This document shows, piece after piece, positions 1-11,831 of a DNA stretch of 64,000 nt. This DNA comes from Verrucomicrobiota bacterium. GTDB lineage: Bacteria > Verrucomicrobiota > Verrucomicrobiia > Limisphaerales > AAA164-E04. Position 1 is the stretch's first letter. Every line of letters starts with the position of its first letter. The notes under the pieces were generated by a model. That model saw only the letters and a program-made list of their open reading frames with translations, had not been told where the DNA came from and did not search any database. The stretch is taken from NCBI GenBank assembly GCA_047947115.1, contig CP170459.1, positions 3,680,001 through 3,744,000 on the forward strand, in the 5' to 3' direction. A program made the position numbers and the translations under genes.

Positions 1-13
1 TATGGTCTCATAA

Positions 14-3000
14 ATGACTGCACTGAATTTCATACTCGAAAGTGTGATGTATGGGCGAACGTCATCCATTCCTGCTTTTCGTAGGTTCTGGATGCTGTCA
101 GGCATACTGCAGGTTCTATTTCTTGCTACCACCTTTACTCCTCTTCTTGCCCAGCCAGTTTCCACCGATGCGCCGAATCAGGTGCTCACTTTGGATGGTG
201 ATGGGGACTATGTGACGCTCCCGACCGACGCTTTTGCAGGGCTTAAGGAAGGGACGGTAGAGGTTTGGGTGAAATGGGATGCATTTCGCACCTATTCTCG
301 GGTGTTTGAATTTGGGAAGTTCCGGTATGGAAGTGATGCCAATTCGATGAAAATGTTGATCGTTGGAGCCGATCCTTACCTTCGCTTTGACATCGACACC
401 GAACATTTTCTTGAGCTGAAAGAGCCCAGGAAAAGTATCGGGTTGCCTCAATTTCTTCCTTTAATGCAATGGGTGCACTTGGCTGTCGTATCGGGAAGTG
501 AAGGGATGAAACTTTATGCTAATGGGGAGTTGGTGGGGGAGTTTGATACAGCCGCGAGTTTTGATGACATCAAGGAATATGAAGCCAATTGGATTGGTCG
601 AGGTTTGTGGCAGGCGAGTGGGGATGAAGATTTTGAAGGTCAGATGGATGAGTTTCGTGTGTGGGATCATCAACGAAGTGCGGAGCAAATCCAGGAATGT
701 ATGTCCCAACGACTCACTGGTAACGAACCAGGTCTGGTTGGGTTATGGAATTTCGACGATGGCACCGCAAAAGATATCAGCCCTCATAGGTTCCATGGGA
801 ACTTTGAGGGAGATGCAAAGACTCAAGTGGTCGAAGAACGGTTTTGGGATTCGCCTGCAACACCACTTATATTAAAAGGAAAGGTGCTTACGTCAGATGG
901 TACACCTGTTTCCAGAGCTGGTATTGAATTTTTGGCAGAGGACCGCTTGAGTTTTAGGATCCCGCTCACCTCGGATGAAAATGGAAACTATGGTTTTTCG
1001 TCTTTTCGCTATCCAGATGTTATGTCGATGGATGTCAAGACCAGTAAAGATGATTTAACATCTTGGTTGTTTGATGTTCGAGTGCCGGAAAAAAGGGTTT
1101 TACACAAGGATTTGCCCCTTACTTCATCAAATCTTCAGGGCAAAGTGGTCGATTTTGCGGGGGAACCGATCGGGGATGTGCTGCTGCAACTTTTTCTCAT
1201 TAAAAATCGAGAAGAAGGATATGACGAATCCGACATCCGGCTGGTCGATTATACCTTCACGACTCTTGGGAAAACTCAGAATTATCACTTTCCCGGCTTG
1301 CCTCAAGGCGATTACAAATTGGTGGCGCATCATCCTGCAGGGCTCGTGGAATTCAATCAACCCGAAGGGGTTCGAATTCAATCAAATCAGACGACTCATG
1401 CCGACTTGACATTGGCTCCGTTTCGAAAGGGGTTGTGGCGACGTTTTTCCACTGCGGATGGATTGTTCGATCAATCGATTTTTGATTTCGACTTTTCGGA
1501 TGACGGGGCCTTGTGGGTTGGGACTTTTACAGGTATTGCCCGCTTCGATGGAGTGGAATTTTCAGTATTATGACCCCGCCGTGTCTCCTTCGAATGGTTC
1601 TCCTTATCGGAGCCCTGCTTGGGTAAGAGAGTTTTTTAATGTGAGAAACAGTTCTGTTTTGTTTGATGCTTCCCAAAACGTCTGGATAGGACAATCAAGG
1701 CAAAAAGATAGTTTGTGGCAACTGTCGTTGGACCAAATGTGGGATGAAGGAATAAAACCACGACCAGTGAATGGAGTGACGAATCAGGTGGAACTTCTTT
1801 ATCAAGATCATCACGGGGCGATTTGGGCCAGTGGAAAGAATGAGCAAAGTCCAATAACCCGTTTGGACAGTGGTAAAGTTGAGCATTTTTATATTGCTCA
1901 TGAGCAGGGAGGCATTGTTTCCGAAGCGGTGAAAAGTTTTGGGGAAACGGATGCTGGTGATTTATTCATTGGTACCTCATCCGGAGTTTATCGTTTCGTC
2001 GAAGGCGACTTTATTCCGCTTGAAGGTAGTTCTGATCAACCTGTGCCAGTGAATGAGGTGAATGGTATCATTCGTGATCAAGAAGGTGTTCTGTGGTTTG
2101 CCTCAGCCAATGGTTTGTTTCGCTATGACGGGATATGCTGGAGTGTGCTGAGGGAGGAAGATGGGTTAAGTCCGTCTATGACACTCTGTGTTGAACAGGA
2201 TGGTGCGGGGGATTATTGGGTTGGCACCTTGGACGGAGTCACGCGATACCGTCCTTCCGATATCCTGCCAGAAAAACCGACCATACAAATGGTGGGGGGG
2301 CAAGAAGATGGAGATGACCAGATGCCCCATGTGAAATTAGGGGAGCTGGTTTCTTTTATTTGCGATGTGGTTGATTTTAAAACACAGCCCCGTCGTCGTT
2401 TGTTTCGCCATGCTTTTATTCATGATCATACGGATTTACCACCCGAAAAGCACGATGTGAGGTGGAGCCAACCAACCTTGGAATCAAGAATCGATTGGCA
2501 CTCGGTTGAGCAAGGAGATTATACCTTGTTCGTTCAGTTCATTGATCGTGACTTGAACTATTCTGAACCGGCCGCAAAGCGATTGACTGTCATTGTTCCC
2601 TGGTATGCTAATGCCTGGGTGATTTGGCCACTTGGAACTGGCGGGATGGGTTTGGTCGGTTAGACTTTTCTTGCGAGATGGTTGGTGAAGCGGCGCAAGA
2701 AGGAAGCGGATCAATTGCGGGACGAGATGGCTTGTCGCGATCAAGAGGCGCGTGTGCGTTTGGAAAAGGAAGTTAAGGAACGTCAGAAAGCACAGGAATA
2801 CTTCGAATCCCTGGTGGAAAACGTCGCGGTCCTGGTGCTTCGCCGGGATGTGGATGGAACGATCACTTTTTTGAATCAGGCTTCCTACAAATTCTGGAAA
2901 GATAAGGCCGGGTTTGACGTCAAATTGGGGCAAGGGTGGGAAGACTTGCCCGATTGGTTTACTCCAGAGCAGATTCAGGGGATCAAGAATACGCACCAAG

Positions 3001-3959
3001 CCGTGATCGAATCCGGACAGTCGATGTACGCGAATGAATTACCCATTCAATTGCCGTCGGGAGAGGTCGTCTGGTTGAAGGATATCCAGGTGCCAGCCTT
3101 CGATGGGGATGGGAAGGTGACGGGAGTGCAGACCGTCATCTGGGATGTGAGCGAAGAGTATCAGAATGCAGAGCAACTGCGTGAAGCCAATAAATCCAAG
3201 AGCGCTTTTCTGGCGAATATGAGCCATGAGTTGAGAACGCCGCTCAACGCCATCATCGGTTACTCCGAAATGTTGCAGGAGGAGGCGGAAGATTTGGAAC
3301 AGGAAAGTTTTATTCCGGATCTCGAAAAGATTCAGGGGGCCGGGAAACATTTGCTGGGGCTGATCAATGATATCCTGGATTTATCGAAGATCGAAGCAGG
3401 AAAGATGACCTTGTATCTGGAGGAGTTCGATATTGCGAAAATGCTGAATGATATCGCGGAAACCGTCCAGCCTCTGATTTTAAAAAATGGAAACACCTTG
3501 AAAGTCGAATGTCAGGCGGATATCGGGGTAATGCGTGCTGATCTGACCAAGGTTCGTCAGACATTGTTCAACCTTTTGAGCAACGCCGCGAAATTTACCG
3601 AACAGGGGAACGTGACCCTCAGTGCGTGGCGTCTGACGGATGCCACGTATACGGCACAGTCTGAAATCGTTTTCTCAGTCAAGGACACGGGTATCGGAAT
3701 GAGTGAGGAACAACAGTCCAAATTGTTTGAATCCTTCCAGCAAGCCGATGCTTCCACGACGCGTAAGTACGGTGGTACCGGGTTGGGGCTCGCTATCAGC
3801 CGTAAATTTTGTCGACTCATGGGAGGGGATCTGACTGTGAACAGCGAATTGGAAAAGGGGACGGAATTTACCGCGACGCTGCCAGGTAAGGTATCTGATT
3901 CCGGTTATTTCGATCTGGAAATACAAAATGCATCCGATGAGCCTCCAGGCGAGTTGTAG
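14..3959 (+). pseudogene. Hybrid membrane sensor histidine kinase (signal peptide, LamG/concanavalin-like domain, carboxypeptidase-regulatory-like Ig domains, two-component propeller repeats, TM, PAS, HisKA, HATPase_c), split by one frameshift and one in-frame TAG
   Basis: ORFs 14-1573, 1458-2663 and 2682-3959 join into one protein. Removing one T from the T4 run at 1559-1562 gives ...FDGVEF-QYYDP. TAG 2661-2663 lies inside a TM helix (WPLGTGGMGLVG*TFLARWLVKRRKK) and is in frame with 2682. The C-terminus has FLANMSHELRTPLNAIIGYSE (H-box), NLLSNAAKFT, DTGIGM and GGTGLGL. Confidence 0.85.
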
Positions 3960-4107
3960 CAATAATCGTTTCCGTCTCTGACAATAAACCAGTTGCGAAG
4001 GATCAAATTCTAATGTGATCATTTTGGTCGTGATGATGTCCGGCGTTGACGAAGGATATCAGCTAATTGATGAATGCCCGGGTCTCGTTGATACAGTCTG
4101 TTTTTTT

Positions 4108-4136
4108 TTGACAAGGATCAGTGGATTTCCAAGAAT
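4108..4136 (+). promoter_or_regulatory. Putative sigma70 promoter of the TonB-dependent receptor
   Basis: TTGACA (4108-4113), 17 bp, AAGAAT (4131-4136), preceded by a T-rich tract. Confidence 0.5.
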
Positions 4137-4237
4137 GCAGTGTTCCTGACTCGAATTATGATTCGGCACATTCCAAAAGGGTGGGGTGGCTTTTTAGATC
4201 AACTGGTTAGGTGTGCGGTAAAACCAGAAACAATTAT

Positions 4238-6367
4238 ATGTGTCCTCCAAAATCCAATAAATGGTGTCAGTCTATTCTTGCTCTTTCGATTTTTCTTTCA
4301 GCAAAGAGCAACCTGGAAGCTCAGAACGTGAACACCCGTTCCAATGAATCTGGCTCTGGATTGGTCGAAATGGAGATGTTGGTGGTGACACCTTCCCGGA
4401 GCCCTCGTTCTCTATTTGATTCCCCCAACACGGTGGAAGTGATCGACAACGACCAACTCAAGCAGCGCATGTATCGAACGACTCCCCAGATTTTGAGAGA
4501 TACACCGGGCGTGTTGTTGCAGGAAACGTCTCCAGGGCAGGGTTCTCCCTTCATACGGGGTTTCACTGGTTTTCGTAATATCTTTCTTATTGATGGAGTC
4601 CGGTTGAACAACTCCGTTTTTCGTGATGGCCCCAATCAATATTGGAACACCGTGGATCCGCTGTCTCTCAGTTCGCTTGAGGTGTTGAAAGGACCCGGAT
4701 CGGTTCAATATGGCTCCGATGGCGCGGGTGGCGTGGTGAGTGCCAATACCGTTTCTCCCGGGATATACGCCGATGATTTCGATTATGGAGGCAGGCTGTT
4801 TTACCGTGTCAGCAGCGCTGAGAATTCGCACATGCTGCGGGCTGAATCACAGGCGGCACTGAACCGTCAAACCGGCGTCATTGCGGGTGTTTCCTACAAG
4901 CAATATGGAAACGTTGTGGCAGGTGGCAGCACCGGAACTCAGAAGGGCACCGGCTACGATGATATCGATTTCGATCTGAAATTCGTCCATCGATTGAATG
5001 ATAATCACAAATTGATTTTTGCCTATCAAAACGTGTTTCTCAACAACGTTCCGAGAACGCATAAAACTCTTGATGGGGTCAGTTATGCTGGAACAGCCGT
5101 TGGTGGGGAATTGCGCCGTGATTTAGATCAGACTCGTCGTTTGGCATATGTTCAGTGGCACGCCAGCAATCTGGATGGTTTTGTGGACAGCATGCAATCC
5201 AATCTTTCCTGGCACTATCAGGAAGAAGTGCGTGATCGGCTTCGCACCGGTGGACGTCAGGATTATCAGGGATTTGATGTGAACACCATCGGGTTTTTCC
5301 ACCAGATGCAGAGTGAAACTTCCATGGGTGATCTTTCCTATGGGGTGGATTATTATCACGACGAAGTGAGTAGTTTTTCATCGAGCAACGCGATTCAGGG
5401 ACCCGTAGGAGATGATGCCTCATACGACCTGGCGGGTATTTATTTGCAGGATACGATTGCGTTGGCTGATCAGTGGGATTTTATTGCAGGGGGACGTTTC
5501 ACCTATGCCGGTGCGAGTGCTGACAAGGTGCAGGATCCCGTCACCGGTGGTCAGGTGAGTGTGGATCGTGACTGGAGCAATGTGGTGGGCAATGCCCGTT
5601 TGGTATATAAGATCAAACCTGAGGTATGGAACATTTATGGTGGTGTATCGCAAGGATTCCGTGCCCCAAATTTGACGGACCTGACTTCTCAGCTGGATAC
5701 AGGCGCCAATGAACAGGAAATCCCTTCGCTGGGTCTGGATCCTGAAAAGTTTCTCACCTATGAAATAGGAACACGCGTCAACAAGGGCAAGTTTTGCGGA
5801 GAGGTGGCGGGTTTCTACACAGATGTGAATGATCTGATCAACCGCTTTCCAACAGGAGTCATTACAGCCGGTGGTAAGACCGAAGTCGGCAAGGCGAATG
5901 TGGGAGACGGGTTTGTGACAGGAGTGGAACTTGGTTTGTCTTACGAGGTATATCCGGAGTGGACCTTGTTTGGAAACGCCACATACATGGATGGTGAAGT
6001 GGATGTGTTTACCGGACCGGCACCCGTCTCAACATCAGAATATTTGGATCGAGTCATGCCCCTTTCCGGTCAGGTTGGTTTGCGTTGGATGGCTGATTCC
6101 AAGCGTTATTGGGCGGAAATACGTGGTGTGTTTTCGGCGGATGCAGACAGAATGTCCAGCCGTGATCGTCGCGACACCGAACGCATCCCTCCGATGGGAA
6201 CCCCCGGTTATGAGTTGCTCGATCTGCGGGCAGGGTGGAACATAAACAAGCACTTCAGTCTGTCGGGTGCGATTGAAAATATCACCGATCGCAATTACCG
6301 CATCCATGGATCAGGCACGAATTCGCCTGGACGCAACTTCATCGCAGCGCTCGAAGCGAAGTTCTGA
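4238..6367 (+). CDS. TonB-dependent outer-membrane receptor (substrate unknown)
   Basis: Signal peptide, TonB-box-like MLVVTPSR, plug motif IRGF...LIDGVRLN...EVLKGPGSVQYG, C-terminal PGRNFIAALEAKF ending in Phe. ATG 4238 preferred over GTG 4211. Confidence 0.93.
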   Translation: MCPPKSNKWCQSILALSIFLSAKSNLEAQNVNTRSNESGSGLVEMEMLVVTPSRSPRSLFDSPNTVEVIDNDQLKQRMYRTTPQILRDTPGVLLQETSPGQGSPFIRGFTGFRNIFLIDGVRLNNSVFRDGPNQYWNTVDPLSLSSLEVLKGPGSVQYGSDGAGGVVSANTVSPGIYADDFDYGGRLFYRVSSAENSHMLRAESQAALNRQTGVIAGVSYKQYGNVVAGGSTGTQKGTGYDDIDFDLKFVHRLNDNHKLIFAYQNVFLNNVPRTHKTLDGVSYAGTAVGGELRRDLDQTRRLAYVQWHASNLDGFVDSMQSNLSWHYQEEVRDRLRTGGRQDYQGFDVNTIGFFHQMQSETSMGDLSYGVDYYHDEVSSFSSSNAIQGPVGDDASYDLAGIYLQDTIALADQWDFIAGGRFTYAGASADKVQDPVTGGQVSVDRDWSNVVGNARLVYKIKPEVWNIYGGVSQGFRAPNLTDLTSQLDTGANEQEIPSLGLDPEKFLTYEIGTRVNKGKFCGEVAGFYTDVNDLINRFPTGVITAGGKTEVGKANVGDGFVTGVELGLSYEVYPEWTLFGNATYMDGEVDVFTGPAPVSTSEYLDRVMPLSGQVGLRWMADSKRYWAEIRGVFSADADRMSSRDRRDTERIPPMGTPGYELLDLRAGWNINKHFSLSGAIENITDRNYRIHGSGTNSPGRNFIAALEAKF

Positions 6368-6560
6368 TCAAAGACGGCTTTCAGGTAGCTCGTATCGTCT
6401 TGATGCGCCCGCTCGATGCGCCCGCTAGCGGCAGCTAACCGGATGGGTGGCGCACGAATACCAAGGGCTTCCCAAAACGTGGAACGGTTTTGGTTAAGAA
6501 TACCCCAAGGAGACGCGCCGGGGACAGCACGATCTACCTGTTGGGGCGTGTGATGGGCTC

Positions 6561-9500
6561 TTATTGGTTCAACCAGGGCCCCAGCCATTTTTCGGTTTCT
6601 TCCACGCTGAAACCTTTGCGTGCGGCGTAGTCTTCGATTTGGTCCTTGCCGATTTTTCCGACGGCGAAGTATTTGGATTGCGGGTGTGAGAAATAGATGC
6701 CGCTGACGCTGGCGGCGGGCCACATGGCGCAGCTTTCGGTCAGCTTGATGCCGGCATTCTTTTCTACTTCCAGTAACTCCCAGAGCAGACGTTTTTCGGT
6801 GTGGTCGGGGCAGGCGGGGTAGCCTGGAGCGGGACGGATGCCCTGATACTTTTCACGGATCAGTTCCTCATTGCTCAACTGTTCCTCACTGCCGAAGCCC
6901 CATTCCGTTCTTACCCGTTTGTGGAGGTATTCGGCAAAGGCTTCCGCGAGACGATCGGCCAGGGCCTTGGTCATGATGGAAGCATAATCATCGTGATCCT
7001 TGTCAAACGTCGCAGCCCATTCATCCGCCCCATGACCGGTGGTGACGGCAAACAGCCCGATGTAATCCTGGACACCTGAAGATTCCGGAGCGATGAAGTC
7101 TGCAAGAGCATGATTGAACTGGCCTTCGGGTTTGTGGATTTGTTGACGGAGTGTGTGCAGAACCGTCAGTTCGCTCGAACGATCCGCATCACGATACAAG
7201 ACGATATCATCACCCCTGGACACCGCCGGGAAGAATCCATAAACGGCACGTGCAGTGAAACGGCGATTCAGGACGATATCCTTGAGTTGCCTCTGGGCGT
7301 CTTCAAACAATTCACGGGCCTTGGCTCCGACGACCGCATCTTCCAGGATGGCAGGATAGCGTCCCCTCATTTCCCAGGTGTGGAAGAACGGTGACCAGTC
7401 AATAAATGAAACCAGATCTTCCAAAGGAAATGCGTTCAGCGTTTTGACTCCCGTGAAACCTGGGCGAGGCGGTTCATAGCTGCTCCAGTCGATCCGGGTG
7501 GCATTGGCTCTGGCTTCGGTGATGGACTTCAGCTTTTTGACTCCTGTTTGACTGTGTTTTTCACGCAGTTCTGCCTGATCCTTCAGGTTGTTGGCCAGAA
7601 AGACTTCCTTACGCTTGTCATCCATCAGATCGCGCACCACGGTGACGGCTTTGGATGCGTCGAGCACATGCACGACCGGTCCCGAATAGTGGGGGGCGAT
7701 CTTGACGGCTGTGTGTGCTTTGCTGGTGGTGGCTCCTCCAATAAGCAGGGGGATCTTCATGCCCAATCGTTCCATCTCCTTTGCGACATGCACCATTTCA
7801 TCCAGGGAAGGGGTGATCAAGCCGCTGAGACCGATCATGTCGGCTCCGAATTCCTTTGCCTTTTCCAAAATTCGGTCCGCGGGGATCATGACGCCCATGT
7901 CTTCGACGACATAGCCATTACAATTTAATACAACACCCACGATATTCTTTCCGATATCATGGACATCGCCTTTAACGGTTGCCATGAGCACTCGGCCAGC
8001 TGCTTTCTGAGGGCTTTTTGCTTTTTCCTCTTCGAGATAGGGAAGCAAAAAGGCGACCGCCTTCTTCATGACGCGCGCGCTTTTTACGACTTGAGGCAGG
8101 AACATTTGGCCAGCGCCAAACAGGTCGCCGACGGTGTTCATGCCGTCCATCAGAGGGCCTTCGATGACACTGAGAGGTTTGCCATATTTGTCGAGCGCCT
8201 CTTTGGTGTCGGCGTCGATGTATTCGACCAGTCCTTTCACCAGGGCATGTGACAAACGTTCTTCCACCGTTCCTTCACGCCATTGAGCTTTTTCCGCTTC
8301 GGTTCTCTTTTCGCCTTTGACTGTCTGCGCAAAGGCGATCAGACGTTCCGTGGCATCGGGGCGTCGGTTCAGCAGGACGTCTTCCACCTGCTCCAGCAGA
8401 TCTTTGGGGATGTCTGCATAAACGCCCAGCTGACCAGCGTTGACGATTCCCATGTCCAGTCCGGCCTGTACTCCGTGGTATAGAAAGGCAGTGTGCATCG
8501 CCTCGCGCACGGGATTGTTTCCTCTGAACGAAAAGGACACGTTGCTGATACCGCCGCTGACTTTGGCCCCGGGCAGGTTTTGCTTGATCCACCGGGTTGC
8601 TTCGATGAAGGCCACGGCGTAGTCATTGTGTTCTTCCATGCCGGTGGCCACGGTCAGGACATTGGGGTCGAAAATGATGTCTTCGGGAGGAAACCCGACA
8701 CGTTCGGTCAGGAGCTTGTAGGACCTTTCGCAGACTTCGATTTTACGTTCATACGAATCCGCCTGGCCCGTTTCGTCAAAAGCCATGACCACAACCGCTG
8801 CCCCGTAGCGTCGGATCATGCGGGCTTGTTTCAGAAAGTGAGCTTCGCCTTCCTTGAGGCTGATGGAATTGACCACGCCTTTGCCTTGAACGCATTGAAG
8901 TCCCACTTCAAGCACCGACCACTTGGAACTGTCGATCATGATGGGCACGCGGGCAATGTCCGATTCAGCGGCGATCAGGTTGAGGAAGGTCTTCATGGCT
9001 TCCTCGGAGTCCAGCATTCCCTCATCCATATTGATGTCGATGATGGTGGCTCCGTTTTCGACCTGCTGGCGGGCGACCGACAGTGCTTCTTCAAATTTGC
9101 TGTCTCGAATCAATTGCGCAAAGCGCGGAGAGCCGGCTACATTGGTGCGTTCACCGATGTTAACGAAATTGGAGGCGGGCGTGACCGTCAAAGCATCCAG
9201 TCCGCTCAGGCGCATTTGAGCTTCGATTTCGGGAATGGTGCGTGGAGTTACCGGTTCGATGGCTTCGCGGAGTGCTTTGATGTGATCCGGTGTCGTGCCG
9301 CAGCATCCTCCAACCAGATTCAACCAGCCTTCGTCGGCCCATTCCTTGATTTTGGGGGCAAAAGTCTCCGGGGTTTCCGGAAATCCGGTCGGGAGAAGGG
9401 GATCGGGGAGACCTGCGTTGGGATACACGCTCACCGGGATGGGAGCGAGTCCGGCGAGTTCCTCGATGAGTGGGCGCATTTCCTTCGGGCCCAAGGCGCA

Positions 9501-10271
9501 ATTCATGCCCACACTCAGGAGTGGGACATGACTGATGGAGTTCCAAAAGGCTTCGACGGTCTGGCCGGTCATGCCGCGGTTGCTGCCGGGTTGGATGAAG
9601 GTGACGGAGGCCATCAAGGGCAGTGTGACTCCCATATCTCCAAACAATTTTTCAATCGCAAAGAAGGCGGCCTTGGCGTTGAGCGTGTCAAAGATGGTTT
9701 CGACGATCAAGATGTCCACACCACCTTCGACCAACCCCTTTGCCTGTTCGTAATAGGCATCCACCAACTTGTTGTAGGTAATGTCGCGGGCGGCCGGGTT
9801 GTGGTTGTCGGTAGCGACAGAGGCTGTTTTGGTGGTGGGGCCCAGGGCGCCTGCAACGAACACGGTTCGGTCCGGACATTCCTTCATGAAACGATCCGCC
9901 GCGTCGCGTGCGACGGTGGCACCCGCATGCGCCAGCTCCAGAGCCAGTGATTCCATGCCGTAGTCTGCCAGTGAGACCGCTTGGGCGTTGAAGGTGTTGG
10001 TTTCGATGATGTCTGCGCCGGCACGCAGATATTCCAAGTGGATGTCACGGATGATTTCCGGGCGTGTGATGTTCAGTAAATCATTGTTGCCCTTGAGGTC
10101 CCTGGTCCATTCCGTGAACCGCTCCCCACGAAAGTCCTCCTCACCCAATTTCCGTTTCTGAATCATGGTGCCCATGGCTCCATCAATGAACACGATGCGT
10201 TCCTTCAATAATTGATGAAGTGTGGCTTCGCGGTGCTTTACCCGTTCGTGAATCTCTTTAATGACATCCAT
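6561..10271 (-). CDS. metH: Cobalamin-dependent methionine synthase
   Basis: 1236 aa. [20 protein letters not shown] (Zn), [10 protein letters not shown] (pterin domain), [15 protein letters not shown] (B12-binding), [12 protein letters not shown] (reactivation domain). Confidence 0.98.
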   Translation of the reverse strand: MDVIKEIHERVKHREATLHQLLKERIVFIDGAMGTMIQKRKLGEEDFRGERFTEWTRDLKGNNDLLNITRPEIIRDIHLEYLRAGADIIETNTFNAQAVSLADYGMESLALELAHAGATVARDAADRFMKECPDRTVFVAGALGPTTKTASVATDNHNPAARDITYNKLVDAYYEQAKGLVEGGVDILIVETIFDTLNAKAAFFAIEKLFGDMGVTLPLMASVTFIQPGSNRGMTGQTVEAFWNSISHVPLLSVGMNCALGPKEMRPLIEELAGLAPIPVSVYPNAGLPDPLLPTGFPETPETFAPKIKEWADEGWLNLVGGCCGTTPDHIKALREAIEPVTPRTIPEIEAQMRLSGLDALTVTPASNFVNIGERTNVAGSPRFAQLIRDSKFEEALSVARQQVENGATIIDINMDEGMLDSEEAMKTFLNLIAAESDIARVPIMIDSSKWSVLEVGLQCVQGKGVVNSISLKEGEAHFLKQARMIRRYGAAVVVMAFDETGQADSYERKIEVCERSYKLLTERVGFPPEDIIFDPNVLTVATGMEEHNDYAVAFIEATRWIKQNLPGAKVSGGISNVSFSFRGNNPVREAMHTAFLYHGVQAGLDMGIVNAGQLGVYADIPKDLLEQVEDVLLNRRPDATERLIAFAQTVKGEKRTEAEKAQWREGTVEERLSHALVKGLVEYIDADTKEALDKYGKPLSVIEGPLMDGMNTVGDLFGAGQMFLPQVVKSARVMKKAVAFLLPYLEEEKAKSPQKAAGRVLMATVKGDVHDIGKNIVGVVLNCNGYVVEDMGVMIPADRILEKAKEFGADMIGLSGLITPSLDEMVHVAKEMERLGMKIPLLIGGATTSKAHTAVKIAPHYSGPVVHVLDASKAVTVVRDLMDDKRKEVFLANNLKDQAELREKHSQTGVKKLKSITEARANATRIDWSSYEPPRPGFTGVKTLNAFPLEDLVSFIDWSPFFHTWEMRGRYPAILEDAVVGAKARELFEDAQRQLKDIVLNRRFTARAVYGFFPAVSRGDDIVLYRDADRSSELTVLHTLRQQIHKPEGQFNHALADFIAPESSGVQDYIGLFAVTTGHGADEWAATFDKDHDDYASIMTKALADRLAEAFAEYLHKRVRTEWGFGSEEQLSNEELIREKYQGIRPAPGYPACPDHTEKRLLWELLEVEKNAGIKLTESCAMWPAASVSGIYFSHPQSKYFAVGKIGKDQIEDYAARKGFSVEETEKWLGPWLNQ

Positions 10272-10280
10272 TTGTTGGTT

Positions 10281-10309
10281 GTTATGACAGGATCTTCATT
10301 TTAATTCAA
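10281..10309 (-). promoter_or_regulatory. Putative sigma70 promoter of metH (near-leaderless)
   Basis: Minus strand TTGAAT (10309-10304), 17 bp, CATAAC (10286-10281), 9 nt, ATG. No SD sequence. Confidence 0.5.
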
Positions 10310-10322
10310 GATTAAAATCATC

Positions 10323-10342
10323 GTATCAAGATAAGATGATAT
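10323..10342. promoter_or_regulatory. 20-bp palindromic operator candidate (SahR-like) between metH and msrAB
   Basis: GTATCAAGATAAGATGATAT = TATCA-N8-TGATA, resembling the SahR (ArsR-family) boxes found upstream of metH/ahcY/metK in other bacteria. Confidence 0.45.
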
Positions 10343-10454
10343 GAATAAACTTTGTAAGGTTTGTGTAAATGAAGGCGACCCATGGGTAATGTATCGCGTG
10401 ATGGCGATTATGCATTGAAGATGAAGAGTCGTAGTGAATGAAAGGACAAATCAG

Positions 10455-11528
10455 ATGAATGGTATCAAATATGTATTGTTAGCCGGACTTGCCTTGTTGG
10501 CGGTCTGGGGTATATCCATAGAGCGTCGGTTAAGCCTGCCTCAGGCAAAGGCGATGCCTTTTGACGAACAGGACATGAAGGATTATCAAAAACCAGATCC
10601 AAACGAGCTGAAAAAACATTTGTCAGCCGAACAGTTTGCTGTGACCCAGCAATGTGGAACCGAACCGCCCTTTAACAATGCCTATTGGGATAACAAGAAA
10701 CCGGGGATCTATGTGGATGTGGTTTCTGGAGAGCCCTTGTTCAGTTCATTGGACAAGTTTGATTCCGGGACCGGTTGGCCGAGTTTTACCCAGCCGCTCA
10801 AAGGGACTGAGATCGTCGAAAAAAAGGACTCCCAATTTGGAATGGTCCGGACCGAGGTTCGATCCCAAATGGCTGATTCACATCTTGGGCATGTCTTTGA
10901 TGATGGCCCGGCCCATGCTGGAGGCATGCGATATTGCATCAATTCGGCCTCTTTGAGGTTTGTTCCAGTCGAGGAAATGGATCAGGCGGGTTATGGCGAC
11001 TATCTGAAGCCGTTTATTGAGGCGGGAATCATTGAAGCTCCCACACATGAAACGGCCATACTGGCAGGAGGCTGCTTCTGGGGGATGGAAGAAATCATTC
11101 GCAACATTCCCGGTGTGATCCGGACTACGGTCGGATATATCGGAGGAAGAGTCGTTAACCCCCTCTACGAACAGGTATGCTCTGGTACTACCAATCATGC
11201 CGAAGCGGTGAGTGTGGTGTTCGATGCATTAAAAATCAGCTACGAACAGTTGTTGGGATATTTTTTCAGGATGCATGACCCAACGACCTTGAACCGTCAG
11301 CACAACGACATCGGAACCCAATATCGGTCCGCTATTTTTTACACCAGCGACGCACAGAAGCAGATCGCAGCAAAGGTGGTTGCAGAAATCGATCAATCAG
11401 GTAAATGGGACAATCCCGTGGTGACGAAAATTGAGGAGGCCAGGGATTTTTATCCGGCGGAAGGGTATCATCAGGATTATTTGCAGAAGAATCCGGGAGG
11501 CTATAATTGCCATTATCTGCGTGATTAA
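10455..11528 (+). CDS. msrAB: Bifunctional peptide methionine sulfoxide reductase, MsrB-MsrA order, with N-terminal signal/TM segment
   Basis: [27 protein letters not shown] and RYCINSASL (MsrB), then [16 protein letters not shown] and AEGYHQDY (MsrA). AAAGGA precedes ATG 10455. Confidence 0.95.
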   Translation: MNGIKYVLLAGLALLAVWGISIERRLSLPQAKAMPFDEQDMKDYQKPDPNELKKHLSAEQFAVTQQCGTEPPFNNAYWDNKKPGIYVDVVSGEPLFSSLDKFDSGTGWPSFTQPLKGTEIVEKKDSQFGMVRTEVRSQMADSHLGHVFDDGPAHAGGMRYCINSASLRFVPVEEMDQAGYGDYLKPFIEAGIIEAPTHETAILAGGCFWGMEEIIRNIPGVIRTTVGYIGGRVVNPLYEQVCSGTTNHAEAVSVVFDALKISYEQLLGYFFRMHDPTTLNRQHNDIGTQYRSAIFYTSDAQKQIAAKVVAEIDQSGKWDNPVVTKIEEARDFYPAEGYHQDYLQKNPGGYNCHYLRD

Positions 11529-11831
11529 AGTGACTCTTTGAGAGGGTTCCATACTCTCTCAAATCCCATGTCTTGAGAATGCGTCATTTCTACTCTCCTG
11601 GCCAGGGTTGGTTGTCAATGAACCAACGACGGCGGGCTTTGTCTGATTGGCTTGGGATCATGTCTTTCTTTATGCCGCTTACATGCCCGTCACAGTACAG
11701 TTCATTGACGCTTTGGGCGTTTTGATGGGGATACGAAGATATATTGATATCAAGACCTCATTGACATTTGGGCTGGTTTGTCGAAATCTGGTTGGAACGT
11801 CTCATTTGACCATTTTAAATACTATAACAAG

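Noticed and set aside
4137..4237. Cobalamin or other riboswitch ahead of the TonB receptor next to metH
   Set aside because: Only two small hairpins and no B12-box or other recognisable aptamer. The receptor converges on metH, so btuB is not supported.
6402..6426. Tandem GATGCGCCCGCT x2 in the TBDR-metH spacer
   Set aside because: Only two copies with no spacers; not a CRISPR, probably a local duplication.
8493..9950. Long antisense ORFs (also 20720-21922, 29500-30429, 36570-37643, 39315-40400, 46452-47774)
   Set aside because: They are shadows of well-conserved genes on the opposite strand and show no motifs.
10272..10433. SAM riboswitch upstream of metH
   Set aside because: No SAM-I/II/SAH consensus, and the predicted promoter leaves almost no leader.
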